The notes beneath the pieces are model-generated. The model was not told where the DNA came from, searched no databases, and saw only the letters and a list, made by a program, of their open reading frames with translations. Positions 8,245 through 17,558 of a DNA stretch of 47,092 bases are shown one piece after another. Position numbers and translations under genes: made by a program. This DNA comes from Gammaproteobacteria bacterium (lineage in GTDB: Bacteria > Pseudomonadota > Gammaproteobacteria > UBA9214), in the NCBI GenBank assembly GCA_035527955.1, contig DATKZN010000345.1, positions 1-47,092 on the forward strand, read 5' to 3'. Within the stretch, counting starts at the first letter, position 1; each line of letters begins with the position of its first letter.

Positions 8245-10209
8245 CTAGAAAGAGGGTCGATCGCTGAGCCAGTAAAACCGGTTGGGCGGAATGACCAGCG
8301 TGTCCTTGTAGAGCGAAGGGGTCTCGCCGGAACAGAGGTCCTGGACCTGGCCGTAGGCGAATCGGCCGCGGTTGCGCAGGTCGATCAGGTCGAGCGACTG
8401 GGGGGCGCTGTCGAAGTTCGTCACCACCAGCACGTTATCCCCGCTCTGGAACGGATCGGTGCGCATGAAGACGAACAGGTGGGGATTGCCGGTATCGAGC
8501 AGCTCGCGGTTATTGAAATCAGCGAAGGCCGGGATGGATTTGCGCACGGCAATCATCCTTTGCAGCCCTTCGAAAATACGCTGTTCCAGGCTGCCGTGCT
8601 GGTTGCGCATGTCTGCCTTGTTCCAGTCGATGCGGGGGCGGTGCAGCCAGCGATTGTCGTTGGCCTTGGCGGGATCATCCAGGTAGGTGCAATCATTCAG
8701 CGTGCCGATCTCGTCGCCGTAGTAAAGCAGGGGTATGCCACCGTAGGACATGATCACGCTGTGCAGTAGCAGGATGCGGCGCACGGCTATGTCGATTCCT
8801 TCCGGATTACCGTCTTCCAGTGCCGTACCGAGTCCCACCAGCGAGGCGAGTGATCCCGATATGCGCGCATCGCCTGTTTTCAGGTTTCGACCAAATGGTT
8901 GTCCGCGTGCCGGCGAATCGTCGTATTCCCCCGTGAAGTAGTCCACCAGAAAGCGACGGTGCGCCAGCGGGTCATAACCGGCAAGGCGGATATCGTTGTC
9001 GTCGTAGCCCAGGCCGATGTCATCGTGACAGCGGATATAGTTCAGCCAGGTGGCGCGATCGAGCTTGTTCGGCAGGTTGCGTACACCGATGTTGAGCAGG
9101 TTTGCATTATGGGTGGCCACCGCATCCCAGAGCAGGGCCATGAGGGTGGCGTTGTAGGCAATCTCGCATTCTTTTGCGATCACGGCATCCTCGCCGAAGT
9201 ATTTTGCGATTTCCACCGGTGCTACGATCGCTTCGGCGATGAACAGCACGCCGCGCGCGGTCACCTGGCAGCAATCCTTCAGCAACTGCAGGATCAGGTG
9301 CGCCTCGCGCTCATTCTGGCAGGTGGTACCGATTTTCTTCCACAGAAATGCGACCGCGTCCAGTCGCACGATATCCGCACCCTGGTTGGCCCAGAACAGG
9401 ATGATATCCACCATCTCGATGAACACGGCGGGGTTGCTGTAATTCAGGTCCCACTGGTAGCTGTTGAAGACCGTCATTACCCACTTGCCCATCGTTTCGT
9501 CCCAGGTGAAGTTGCCGGGCGAGGTTTCCGGGAAGACTTCGGGCATGGTCTCCTCGAACATGTCGGGGATATCGCGATTGTCGAAGCAGTAGTAGTAGTC
9601 CTGGTATTTTTTCTCGCCGGCGCGGGCACGCACGGCCCACTCGTGCTCGTTAGATGTGTGGTTGACTACCACGTCGAGGGTTAGCAGCATGTTGCGCTTG
9701 CGCAGGGAGCCGGCCACCGAGCGCAGGTCCTCGAGCGTGCCGGCGCGTTGGTCCAGGGCGCGAAAGTCGCTGATCGCATAGCCGCCGTCGCTGGCGCCCA
9801 CCGGGCATTTGAGAATGGGCATCACGTGCAGCATATTGATACCCAAATCCTGCAGGTAGTGGAGTCTGGATTCCAGGCCCTGCAGGTTGCCGGCAAAGCC
9901 GTCGCAATACAGTGCCATGCCGACCCATTCCTGGCTCAGGAACCAGTTGTGATTTTCCTCGCGTTGACGATCCAGTTCCCTGAGGTCGGGGTCGCGTGCC
10001 AGGTCGTGGCGCGCCAGCACCTCGACGAGTCGCAGCATCTGTGCCTCGAAGTCCTCGCGCTCGCCGTAGAGATGGAGAAACAGAGAATGGATCGCATAGA
10101 AATTCGCACCGAGACGGAGGTAGAAATGGCGCAGGTCCTGTTTGCGGATATCCTCGCTTAGATTGTCCAGCAGACGGTTCAGCAGGGAATGGGAAACCTG
10201 TTCGTACAT
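8245..10209 (-). CDS. ams: Amylosucrase (GH13 sucrose-utilising alpha-glucanotransferase)
   Basis: 654 aa. GH13 catalytic regions are present: VVVNHTS, GADIVRLDAVAFLWK (nucleophile Asp), FIAEAIV (acid/base Glu) and YIRCHDDIG. The N-terminal helical domain and overall length fit amylosucrase. It is the last gene of a sucrose cluster. Confidence 0.85.
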   Translation of the reverse strand: MYEQVSHSLLNRLLDNLSEDIRKQDLRHFYLRLGANFYAIHSLFLHLYGEREDFEAQMLRLVEVLARHDLARDPDLRELDRQREENHNWFLSQEWVGMALYCDGFAGNLQGLESRLHYLQDLGINMLHVMPILKCPVGASDGGYAISDFRALDQRAGTLEDLRSVAGSLRKRNMLLTLDVVVNHTSNEHEWAVRARAGEKKYQDYYYCFDNRDIPDMFEETMPEVFPETSPGNFTWDETMGKWVMTVFNSYQWDLNYSNPAVFIEMVDIILFWANQGADIVRLDAVAFLWKKIGTTCQNEREAHLILQLLKDCCQVTARGVLFIAEAIVAPVEIAKYFGEDAVIAKECEIAYNATLMALLWDAVATHNANLLNIGVRNLPNKLDRATWLNYIRCHDDIGLGYDDNDIRLAGYDPLAHRRFLVDYFTGEYDDSPARGQPFGRNLKTGDARISGSLASLVGLGTALEDGNPEGIDIAVRRILLLHSVIMSYGGIPLLYYGDEIGTLNDCTYLDDPAKANDNRWLHRPRIDWNKADMRNQHGSLEQRIFEGLQRMIAVRKSIPAFADFNNRELLDTGNPHLFVFMRTDPFQSGDNVLVVTNFDSAPQSLDLIDLRNRGRFAYGQVQDLCSGETPSLYKDTLVIPPNRFYWLSDRPSF

Positions 10210-10212
10210 ATG

Positions 10213-11115
10213 TCAGTTCGTGCTTTGTCCGGGCAGATCCCATGCCAGGATCAGCGGTTGATAAAAGTCGCGCTCGCTCACGGTCGCACCGCGCCGGCCA
10301 ACGATTTGCGACGCAAAGGACTGCGCCCGTTCGAGCGTCACTGGCAGCGGCCAGCCCGAGATGATCCCGAGTATCGTGACCGCTGTAAAGGCATCACCGG
10401 CGCCAACGGTATCCACAATCCTGGTTTTACCACCCGGCTTCACCACGAAGCTCGCGCCGTCATCCGTGAATGCACTGGCGCCGTCCGCGCCCCGGGTGAG
10501 GATCAGGCCTTTCAGGTGGTTCTCGGCAAGAAACTCGCAGGCGTGAATGTTGCTGGCGGCGCGATGCGGGGCGAGCACGGCCAGCTCGTCGGCATTGAGC
10601 TTGACCCAGTGCGCCGCCCTGATCCGTGACATGACCTCTTCATGGTCCCACCAGGGCGGCCTGAGGTTGACGTCGAGGAAGATGGTGCCTGCTGTAGCTG
10701 CCCGCGTGATCGCGTCGAGGGTCTGGCGCGACTCCGGGGCCCTGATGGCGAGCGAGCCGTGGTAGACAAAGGCATCGGCGGGTACCTGTTGCGGCTGCCA
10801 CCCGATCGCATCATAGGCGCAGTCGGCGACGATATCATAGGCCGGTTCGTCATGGTGGATCTGCACGCTGACCCGGCCTGTGGGCCGGTGGGCGTCGATC
10901 TGTACTGCCTGGGTGTCCATGCCCCACTCGCGCATGGCGGTCAGCACGGACTCGCCTTCGGCATCCGCGCCGACCCGGCTGATAAATCGCGGTGCGAGGC
11001 CGAATGCCTGCAGGTGCCATGCGACATTGAACGGCGCGCCGCCCAGCACGCGCTTGCCGTCGGGAAAATGATCGAACAGTACTTCGCCAAATATACAGAC
11101 CTGCGGGTTGCTCAT
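10213..11115 (-). CDS. PfkB-family fructokinase
   Basis: Track ORF 10213..11199. I prefer the ATG at 11113-11115 (MSNPQVCIFGEVLFDHFPDGKRVLGGAPFNVAW). The C-terminal DTVGAGDAF motif is typical of PfkB sugar kinases. It sits between spp and ams. Confidence 0.85.
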   Translation of the reverse strand: MSNPQVCIFGEVLFDHFPDGKRVLGGAPFNVAWHLQAFGLAPRFISRVGADAEGESVLTAMREWGMDTQAVQIDAHRPTGRVSVQIHHDEPAYDIVADCAYDAIGWQPQQVPADAFVYHGSLAIRAPESRQTLDAITRAATAGTIFLDVNLRPPWWDHEEVMSRIRAAHWVKLNADELAVLAPHRAASNIHACEFLAENHLKGLILTRGADGASAFTDDGASFVVKPGGKTRIVDTVGAGDAFTAVTILGIISGWPLPVTLERAQSFASQIVGRRGATVSERDFYQPLILAWDLPGQSTN

Positions 11116-11140
11116 GCCTGCGTTTCCGTTGCGGTGGAAG

Positions 11141-11980
11141 TTACATCGAGCCGGTAGTGTCCGGATGGTAGTGGGCAATGCCCTCCAGTATACCGGCACT
11201 GTAGTTTCCGTTCATGCCCATGAAACCGCCCTGCGCGATGTACAGTTGAGCGCTGCAATTCTTCTCGTCGGCCAGTTGTCTGGCGAGTTCCTTGACATCC
11301 GCGTGTCCGTTTGCGACCAGCACGGCGGGAATCGGGCTGGCCAGCACCTCGATATCGTTGCCGCTGTCACCGCAGAACACGGTGTTGCGGCAGTCGAAAC
11401 CGTTAAGTTTCATCAGTGCCTCCACGGCATGCAGCTTGCTTGCCCGTTCCGGCAGGATATCCAGCAGGCCGATGCCCATCGGTTCGTCGATGCTCCAGAT
11501 CAGGCTGGCCCTGATGCCGGATTCCCCGAAGCGGTGGCGGATCATGGCCGAGAGGGCATCGCGGTCGCTTTGCAAGGTCACGTAGTAACTCAGCTTGTAG
11601 TCGTTCTGCTTGCTGACTTCCTGCAATTGCAGGGCGGACAGGTCGTGCAGCAGCGCCTTCAGCTCGGCGTGTGTCCTGCCGGCCCAGTCGCTGGCGAAAT
11701 CCTCTTCCCACGTGGTGAGCCGGGCCCAGGCCAGCTCTGTACCGACCCGGTAAATGGTCGTGCCGACATCCCCCACCACAAAATCCGGTACCGGCAACCG
11801 GTAGTTGAATATGGCCTGCTCCACCAGTGCCCGATGACGTCCGCTGACGTAGGCCAGGGTGATCTGCGGGTTGGCAACCAGCCTGGAGAAGCGCTCGCGC
11901 GCTTGCGGAGATTCGGACTCTGGCCCGTTCGGTAGCAGGGTACGGTCGAGATCGGTGCAAACCAGCAGGCGTTCAGGCAT
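11141..11980 (-). CDS. spp: Sucrose-6-phosphate phosphatase (HAD superfamily)
   Basis: HAD motif I is LVCTDLDRTLLPNG and motif IV is FCGDSGNDIEVL. The start ATG shares one base with the sps stop (TGATG). Confidence 0.85.
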   Translation of the reverse strand: MPERLLVCTDLDRTLLPNGPESESPQARERFSRLVANPQITLAYVSGRHRALVEQAIFNYRLPVPDFVVGDVGTTIYRVGTELAWARLTTWEEDFASDWAGRTHAELKALLHDLSALQLQEVSKQNDYKLSYYVTLQSDRDALSAMIRHRFGESGIRASLIWSIDEPMGIGLLDILPERASKLHAVEALMKLNGFDCRNTVFCGDSGNDIEVLASPIPAVLVANGHADVKELARQLADEKNCSAQLYIAQGGFMGMNGNYSAGILEGIAHYHPDTTGSM

Positions 11981-14127
11981 CAGTCCGCCGGTACTTCGCA
12001 GCTATTGAAGAAATCATAGTGATCGATTGCCTGGAGGATCCCCATGGCGTAAGGCTGGCTGGCAAAGTAGATGCTGTCCTGATCGGTCAGTCCGGAGAGC
12101 TCCTCGTGGTGTCGATTGCCCACTACGACCGCGAGCGTGTTGCCACGCATCATGTCCTCGTCTGCACCCGAACCGCCGGCCACGAGGATTTGCCCGAGCG
12201 GTATGTCCAGACGCTGTGCGACGTAACGCAGGGCCTGACCCTTGGATGCACGCGACGGAATGATGTCCAGGAACTGGCCGAAGGAGATGATCACGTTGGC
12301 GGTCAGGTCATTCTGGCGGAGCAGGGTAACGATGTCGTCGAAAGTCGGCGCCTGCTGCGCGTCGTAATAGTAGGACAGCTTGAAGCGGCTCTGGTCTTGC
12401 TTGGGCTGTTGCTTGATGCCAGGCAGATCTTCGATCACGCGGCGTACCCGCAGCGGGTTCCAGTGGTGGTCGATGTGGTCCGTCCAGTGGTTGTCCTCGG
12501 TCAGGGACCGGCCGTAATGGATGCGCGTGCCGAGACTGCTGATCAGCACGTCCGGCGCAGGTATGCGGTATTTCTTGATGATGGCCAGTGCCGCATCGAT
12601 ACGCCGGCCGGTCGCTATGCCGAATGTCACACACTTGCGGTTACCGTGCATGACCTCTGAAAAGGTCTGCAGGGCGGCCGGGTTGCCGACCAGGTTCTGA
12701 TCGAGGTCGGTAAACAGCGCACGGTCGCGGAAATGAACAGCTCGCGGCGGTGGTCGCTCCCAGTCGACCGGGCGGCTCTTGCCGCGCAGACCACTCACTA
12801 TTTCCATGTACCTGTCAGCATGCGCCTCCCAGGCGTAGTGCTTGCGCACGCCCTTGAGTCCGTTGCGCGCGGCCTGTTGCCAGGCCTCGCGGTCCCTGAG
12901 CAGGGTGAGCAGTGCCTTGCTCATGGCAGCTCTGTCGAGCGGGTCAATCAGAATGCCGTTCCTACAGTTGGCGAGGATATCCACCGGTCCCCCATTCTCG
13001 GTCGCCACGACCGGCAGGCCCGTGGCGGCCGCCTCCAGCAGGGTCAACCCGAATGGCTCGGTCAGGGCAGGATTGATGAACACGCCACCTGAGGCGGTCA
13101 CCAGGCGATAGATATCCGGCACCTCGTCGGCGCGGTGGCTCTTGGGCAGCGCGACCAGGCCGTACAGGTCAAAGCTGTCGATCAGCAACAGGATGTTGGT
13201 CAGCACGGATCGCGCACCGGTATCCATGTCGCGGATATCTTCGCGGCTGCCGGCCACGATCAGCAGGTTCGCCGCGTCCTGCAGGGCATGTGATTCGCCA
13301 TAGGCCTCGACCAGGCTGAGAATGTTCTTGCGTTCGTCCGGACGCGACAGGGCCAGGATAAGCGGCTTGTCCGGCCGGGTAAGAAAGCGTTTCAGGCGGG
13401 AGGCGAAGGCGATGTCCTCGTTTTCCGCCGGCGGGTGAAATTGTTTCAGGTCGGTGCCGGGCGGAATGACCAGCATCCGGTCAGGGTCGTAGTAATTGTA
13501 GAGGCCGTACTGTTCCTCGATTTCATTATGGGTGCTGGTGATGACCCGGTCAGCATTGGCGAGTACTTCTTCCTCGGCGTCGATGCGCCGTCTGATATTG
13601 TAGGTGCGCTCGATGATCTCGCTCGACAGGCCCCTGGCAAGCAGGCGTTTACGCTTGTCGCGACCCAGCGAATGGCCGGTATGGATGAGTGGCACACCCA
13701 GCAGGTTGGCCAGCCGGGTGCCCACGTAACCGGCATCCGCGTAGTGGCTGTGGACAAGATCGGGGGTGCGGTGCTGGCTGTTCAGCCAGTTGACCAGGTT
13801 GTCCATGAAGCTGTCCAGATGGTCCCACAATTGCTCCTTGGGAATGTATTCCTCCGGGCCGGCGTCGATACGGATGATGCGTGCCTTGTCTGACAGCGCT
13901 TCCACTGGCTGTGCATAGTCCTTGCTGACCGCAGCATCCACGATCCTGCGCGTCACCAGGTCGACCTGGCCGACGTCCTCGCGCTCGGCGAGCGCGCGCG
14001 CCAGATCCAGCACGTACTTGGTCTGGCCGCCGGTATCCGCGTTACGGCCCAGTTCCAGGTCCGTGGCGCGTATCAACCCATGGATACTGATCAGCAGCAG
14101 GTAAGGTTTCTGGGTGTGATTTTCCAT
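11980..14127 (-). CDS. sps: Sucrose-phosphate synthase (GT4 glycosyltransferase with a C-terminal SPP-like domain)
   Basis: 715 aa. The N-terminus LLISIHGLIR...GRNADTGGQTKYV and EPFGLTLLEAAATGLPVVAT are typical of SPS/GT4. The C-terminal 240 aa or so is HAD-like (FTDLDQNL, ATGR, SKG, GGSGADED). Confidence 0.88.
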   Translation of the reverse strand: MENHTQKPYLLLISIHGLIRATDLELGRNADTGGQTKYVLDLARALAEREDVGQVDLVTRRIVDAAVSKDYAQPVEALSDKARIIRIDAGPEEYIPKEQLWDHLDSFMDNLVNWLNSQHRTPDLVHSHYADAGYVGTRLANLLGVPLIHTGHSLGRDKRKRLLARGLSSEIIERTYNIRRRIDAEEEVLANADRVITSTHNEIEEQYGLYNYYDPDRMLVIPPGTDLKQFHPPAENEDIAFASRLKRFLTRPDKPLILALSRPDERKNILSLVEAYGESHALQDAANLLIVAGSREDIRDMDTGARSVLTNILLLIDSFDLYGLVALPKSHRADEVPDIYRLVTASGGVFINPALTEPFGLTLLEAAATGLPVVATENGGPVDILANCRNGILIDPLDRAAMSKALLTLLRDREAWQQAARNGLKGVRKHYAWEAHADRYMEIVSGLRGKSRPVDWERPPPRAVHFRDRALFTDLDQNLVGNPAALQTFSEVMHGNRKCVTFGIATGRRIDAALAIIKKYRIPAPDVLISSLGTRIHYGRSLTEDNHWTDHIDHHWNPLRVRRVIEDLPGIKQQPKQDQSRFKLSYYYDAQQAPTFDDIVTLLRQNDLTANVIISFGQFLDIIPSRASKGQALRYVAQRLDIPLGQILVAGGSGADEDMMRGNTLAVVVGNRHHEELSGLTDQDSIYFASQPYAMGILQAIDHYDFFNSCEVPAD

Positions 14128-14309
14128 TGGTATGGTGTTTCCGGTGCAATCACGCGCATGTCAGGTACACGCGCCGGTACACAGCAGCAACCATACAGAT
14201 GATATCAAGCGAGGCGCAAGGGTGACGGCCCAAATGTCGTGATATTCCCGGTATGGCGGGGGACGTCTGCAAGCGGGTCGAGGGGGCACCCTGTGTTTGC
14301 CGTTACCGG

Positions 14310-14555
14310 TCAGTAGCGACGTGAGGGAAAGTAACCCGGTATGGTGGGTTTTGCGTCGTCCAGTTGCTCGTGCCTGGCTATCGCAAGCTGACGCTGGTAA
14401 TCGACCAGATCGCCTTGCCAGGCATTGCAGCCGCGTATCAGGCCGGAAACGATAACGAAGGTAACGATCAGGATGGTCAGGCTTTCATGGTGGGTGACAT
14501 CGAAATTGTACAGCGCGAATGCCAGCACGATGGAAAAAATAACGGGCCACTGCAT
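14310..14555 (-). CDS. Hypothetical small membrane protein (81 aa, two predicted TM helices)
   Basis: This is the lower part of track ORF 14310..14915. The upper part overlaps the neighbouring gene in another frame and is Arg-rich junk. From the ATG at 14553-14555 it reads MQWPVIFSIVLAFALYNFDVTHHESLTILIVTFVIVSGLI, followed by a soluble tail. Confidence 0.4.
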   Translation of the reverse strand: MQWPVIFSIVLAFALYNFDVTHHESLTILIVTFVIVSGLIRGCNAWQGDLVDYQRQLAIARHEQLDDAKPTIPGYFPSRRY

Positions 14556-14764
14556 GCCGTCCAGCACGGTGGCCCTGGCAATTTGCCTGAGCAGTGACAG
14601 TGTGTTCGGCTTTGTAATCGCGATTTTGTTCGAATTGCGACGGTGCAATCGATTTTTATACTGCGACACTGCGTTGCTCCTGGTTTTATTGGTCTTTTTT
14701 GGTATTACAGTAACAGGGTAAGGGCGGGGGCAGGTCCTGTATATTGTCCGAAGGTACAACCCGG

Positions 14765-15790
14765 TCAGTGAAACGGCACGGCCAGCGGTTCGCCGATGAA
14801 CAGGCCCTGTCCCGGCCATTGCACGCTCTTCCAGTAGGCTTCCAGCAGGGTCTCGCCGTTCAGGTAGCGATCGATGACGACGTTCGGGCGCGGAAATTTT
14901 TCCACATAACTGCACGGCTCCGTGACGCTGCCATAGCTGCCTGTGGCGCCGGCTTCCAGCCAGCGCAGGCTGCTCATCTGCGAGCTGTCGGTGAGCTGCC
15001 CGCCGGCCGATGTCAGGTGATCGGCGATGGCGCCGGGCAGAAAGGTATTTGAATCGATATTCTGCACCCGTGCCAGGCCGGTGAAGTAAAACATCACATC
15101 ATCCCGGTACTTCAGGCTGTCCTGTTGCAGCATCTGCAGTTTGAACCGGTCGGACTGCATGAGCAGGATCCCCTGGTAAAAACGGGCGCGCGTGTTCCTG
15201 GCGCGGTCGGAACTGATCATCAGGTAGCCGGTGCCGGCGGGGTGCGTGCCGTCGGCACTCACACCACGATCGATCAGGGCCTTTACATCGGCCAGGGTCG
15301 TGCCGGCGAGCATCATGCTCGGCCGCCAGCCGAAGTCATCATAGGGCCGGCGACTGTCCGAATCGAAATAGGGGCTGGCCTGCGTGGGCTGGCAGCCCGC
15401 GGCGCAGAATTCCTTGCTGAAGCCGGCCGCCAGGGCGGTTGTGATCGACATGCAGCCGACACGGTAGGGTGCGGTCCAGGTCAGCACGTAGGCCTGGACC
15501 GTTTCCGGTGTCTGCTGCAGGATCTGTGCCCGTAACAGCCTGAAGTCCTGCGGGCGCATGACGCTGGCGCCGGTTGGGAACTGCACGTGGATGACGTTCC
15601 TGGCAGGTATCAGCCGCCTGGCGGAATAGTAGTCCGCGATCTGCCGGCTCAGCGGGTCGCTGTCGTTGACGATGATCGCCAGATGCTGCGGCCCGAAAGG
15701 GACGGTCGGGGCGGTATCGAGGTCAGCGGCGGGATTGCATCCCCACAGCAGGCCGGCCGCAAGCAGCAGAATGTTCAGCCGCCCGCGCAT
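14765..15790 (-). CDS. Conserved hypothetical lipoprotein (resembles the TIGR03790 family as I recall it)
   Basis: Signal peptide plus lipobox (LLLAAGLLWGCN). The N-terminal region is LAIIVNDSDPLSRQIADYYSARRLIPARNVIHV and the C-terminal region is GSYGSVTEPCSYVEKFP...LFIGEPLAVPF. The family assignment is from memory only. The gene starts 11 nt after the nadA stop. Confidence 0.6.
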   Translation of the reverse strand: MRGRLNILLLAAGLLWGCNPAADLDTAPTVPFGPQHLAIIVNDSDPLSRQIADYYSARRLIPARNVIHVQFPTGASVMRPQDFRLLRAQILQQTPETVQAYVLTWTAPYRVGCMSITTALAAGFSKEFCAAGCQPTQASPYFDSDSRRPYDDFGWRPSMMLAGTTLADVKALIDRGVSADGTHPAGTGYLMISSDRARNTRARFYQGILLMQSDRFKLQMLQQDSLKYRDDVMFYFTGLARVQNIDSNTFLPGAIADHLTSAGGQLTDSSQMSSLRWLEAGATGSYGSVTEPCSYVEKFPRPNVVIDRYLNGETLLEAYWKSVQWPGQGLFIGEPLAVPFH

Positions 15791-15801
15791 GCGCCGGGAA
15801 A

Positions 15802-16860
15802 TCAGCCCTTGCCGGCAACGAAATCGACCATCCGTTGCGTCGCCCGCAGCGCCTTCCTGCCGACCTCGGGATCGACGTGGATTTCGTTGCTGCCCGTTCT
15901 CAGTACCTCGGCGAGGTTGCGCAGGTTATTCATCGCCATCCACGGGCAATGGGCGCAGCTTTCGCAGGTGGCACCTTCGCCGGCCGACGGCGCTTCCATG
16001 AAGGTCTTGTCCGGTGCCGCCTGTTTCATCTTGTAGAAGATACCGTTGTCTGTGGCGACGATGAAGCGCTTGTTGGGCAGCCGGCGGGTCGCATTGATCA
16101 GCTGCGTGGTGGAGCCGACGACGTCGGCCAGGGCGATCACCGACGCGGGTGATTCGGGATGCACCAGGATCGCGGCATCCGGGTACTGGCGGGCCAGGTT
16201 TTGCAGGGCCTCTGCCTTGAAGCGTTCATGCACGATACAGCTTGCCTGCCATAGCAGCATGTCGGCACCGGTGATGCGCCGCACATAGTCGCCGAGGTAG
16301 CGGTCCGGCGCCCAGAGAATCTTCTTGCCCTGCTCCTTGAGGTGCCTGGCGACATCAACCGCGATACTGGATGTCACCACCCAGTCGGCGCGGGCTTTCA
16401 CCTCTGCGCAAGTATTGGCGTAGACCACCACGGTCCGGTCAGGATGTGCGTCGCAGAACGGGATGAATTTGTCCGGCGGACAGCCGAGGTCGAGCGAGCA
16501 CTCCGCCATGAGTGTCGGCATCAGCACCCGCTTTTCCGGGTTGAGGATCTTTGCCGTCTCCCCCATGAAACGCACCCCGGCCACGACCAGTGTCGAGGCA
16601 GGATGTTGGTTGCCGAAGCGCGCCATCTCCAGTGAGTCGGAGACGGTGCCACCGGTCAGGTCGGCAATCATCTGCAGGTCTTCGTCCGTGTAGTAGTGCG
16701 CAACCAGCACCGCGTTCTTCTCGCGCAACAGTTCCCTGATTTCGTCGATCAGGGCCTCGCGCTCGCCGGCTTCGTAGTCGGGTCTGCCGATGCTGCCGGG
16801 CAGCGGATAGGCATGATCGATCACGATCGGCGGCATGCTTGTGTCGGATGTCTCGCTCAC
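15802..16860 (-). CDS. nadA: Quinolinate synthase A
   Basis: 352 aa with [26 protein letters not shown] and the conserved Cys residues (CSLD, CIVH, CAHCPWM). GTG start with an aggaagg RBS. Confidence 0.93.
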   Translation of the reverse strand: MSETSDTSMPPIVIDHAYPLPGSIGRPDYEAGEREALIDEIRELLREKNAVLVAHYYTDEDLQMIADLTGGTVSDSLEMARFGNQHPASTLVVAGVRFMGETAKILNPEKRVLMPTLMAECSLDLGCPPDKFIPFCDAHPDRTVVVYANTCAEVKARADWVVTSSIAVDVARHLKEQGKKILWAPDRYLGDYVRRITGADMLLWQASCIVHERFKAEALQNLARQYPDAAILVHPESPASVIALADVVGSTTQLINATRRLPNKRFIVATDNGIFYKMKQAAPDKTFMEAPSAGEGATCESCAHCPWMAMNNLRNLAEVLRTGSNEIHVDPEVGRKALRATQRMVDFVAGKG

Positions 16861-16960
16861 CTGGCCGCCCTTCCTGAGTTGCTATCTAACATGCGGTATG
16901 TTCTTTAACTATTTGACTAATAATGAAAGTATGAAATGGGGTGTGCGGGCGGCGGCGTTG

Positions 16961-17356
16961 TCAGGCACAGGATTTCTGCCCGTCGCGGCAGGTGGTTTCG
17001 AGTATCTGCAGGTATTCGGTGGCTTCTTTGTCGCCCTGGTCTGCTGCCAGTCGGAACCATTTCGCCGCTTCGTTACGGTCCTGGCCAACGCCCTGACCAT
17101 GGTAGTACATCATGCCGAGGTTGGTTTGCGCATCCATGAAGCCCTGTTGCGCGGCCTTGCGGTACCAGGCTGCGGCGGCGGCGAGATCCTGCGGCCGGCC
17201 GGCGCCTTCGTCGTACATAACGCCGATGTTGTACTGGGCCTCGATGTCTCCCAGCTCCGCCAGCGGTAGCCATTCCTCGTAGGCAGCGCGGTAGTCACCT
17301 TTCAGGTACGACTGATAGCCGCCACCCAGGATGGTCCAGGTCGGCATGCCGCGCAT
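16961..17356 (-). CDS. Sel1-repeat (TPR-like) protein
   Basis: Repeats AQYNIGVMYDEGAGRPQDLAAAAAWYRKAAQQG, AQTNLGMMYYHGQGVGQDRNEAAKWFRLAADQG. I see no obvious signal peptide. Confidence 0.75.
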   Translation of the reverse strand: MRGMPTWTILGGGYQSYLKGDYRAAYEEWLPLAELGDIEAQYNIGVMYDEGAGRPQDLAAAAAWYRKAAQQGFMDAQTNLGMMYYHGQGVGQDRNEAAKWFRLAADQGDKEATEYLQILETTCRDGQKSCA

Positions 17357-17558
17357 CAGGTTCCGTTCAAGGTGTTTGGAATCATCGACATGGGTAACAT
17401 TCTAATAACAATATTGAAGATATGTATAGCCATGGTGGGGTAGGGTTCTTAAAATGACAACAGGGGACCAGGCCAGCATGATAGTGCCCCTGATAGCGGA
17501 ATTACCGCAAGTGTTTATTCACATCCGCCAGCTAACTGATTGAATATGGGTCCAGTGT

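Noticed and set aside
7622-8267. Two plus-strand ORFs (7622-7831 and 7971-8267) in the 680-nt gap.
   Set aside because: Both give Arg/Gly/Cys-rich translations with no motifs and no RBS. The second runs into the 3' end of the amylosucrase gene. I treat the region as non-coding.
14128-14309. A sigma-54 type promoter (GG-N10-GC) upstream of sps.
   Set aside because: The candidate tgggccgtcacccttgcg has a GG-to-GC spacing of 13-14 instead of 12 and a poor match to TGGCAC. It is not supportable.
14556-14915. The upper two thirds of ORF 14310..14915.
   Set aside because: It overlaps the 3' end of the lipoprotein gene at 14765-15790 in another frame and translates to an Arg/Pro-rich sequence. Only the lower 81 codons (two TM helices) look protein-like, and even that call is weak.
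17357-17558. A possible preQ1 riboswitch upstream of queD.
   Set aside because: I looked for the preQ1-I hairpin plus the A-rich tail ending in CUA. The segment ggggtagggttcttaaaatgacaacagggg has GGUUC but no complementary 3' stem arm (it would need ccct) and no AAAAAACUA tail.
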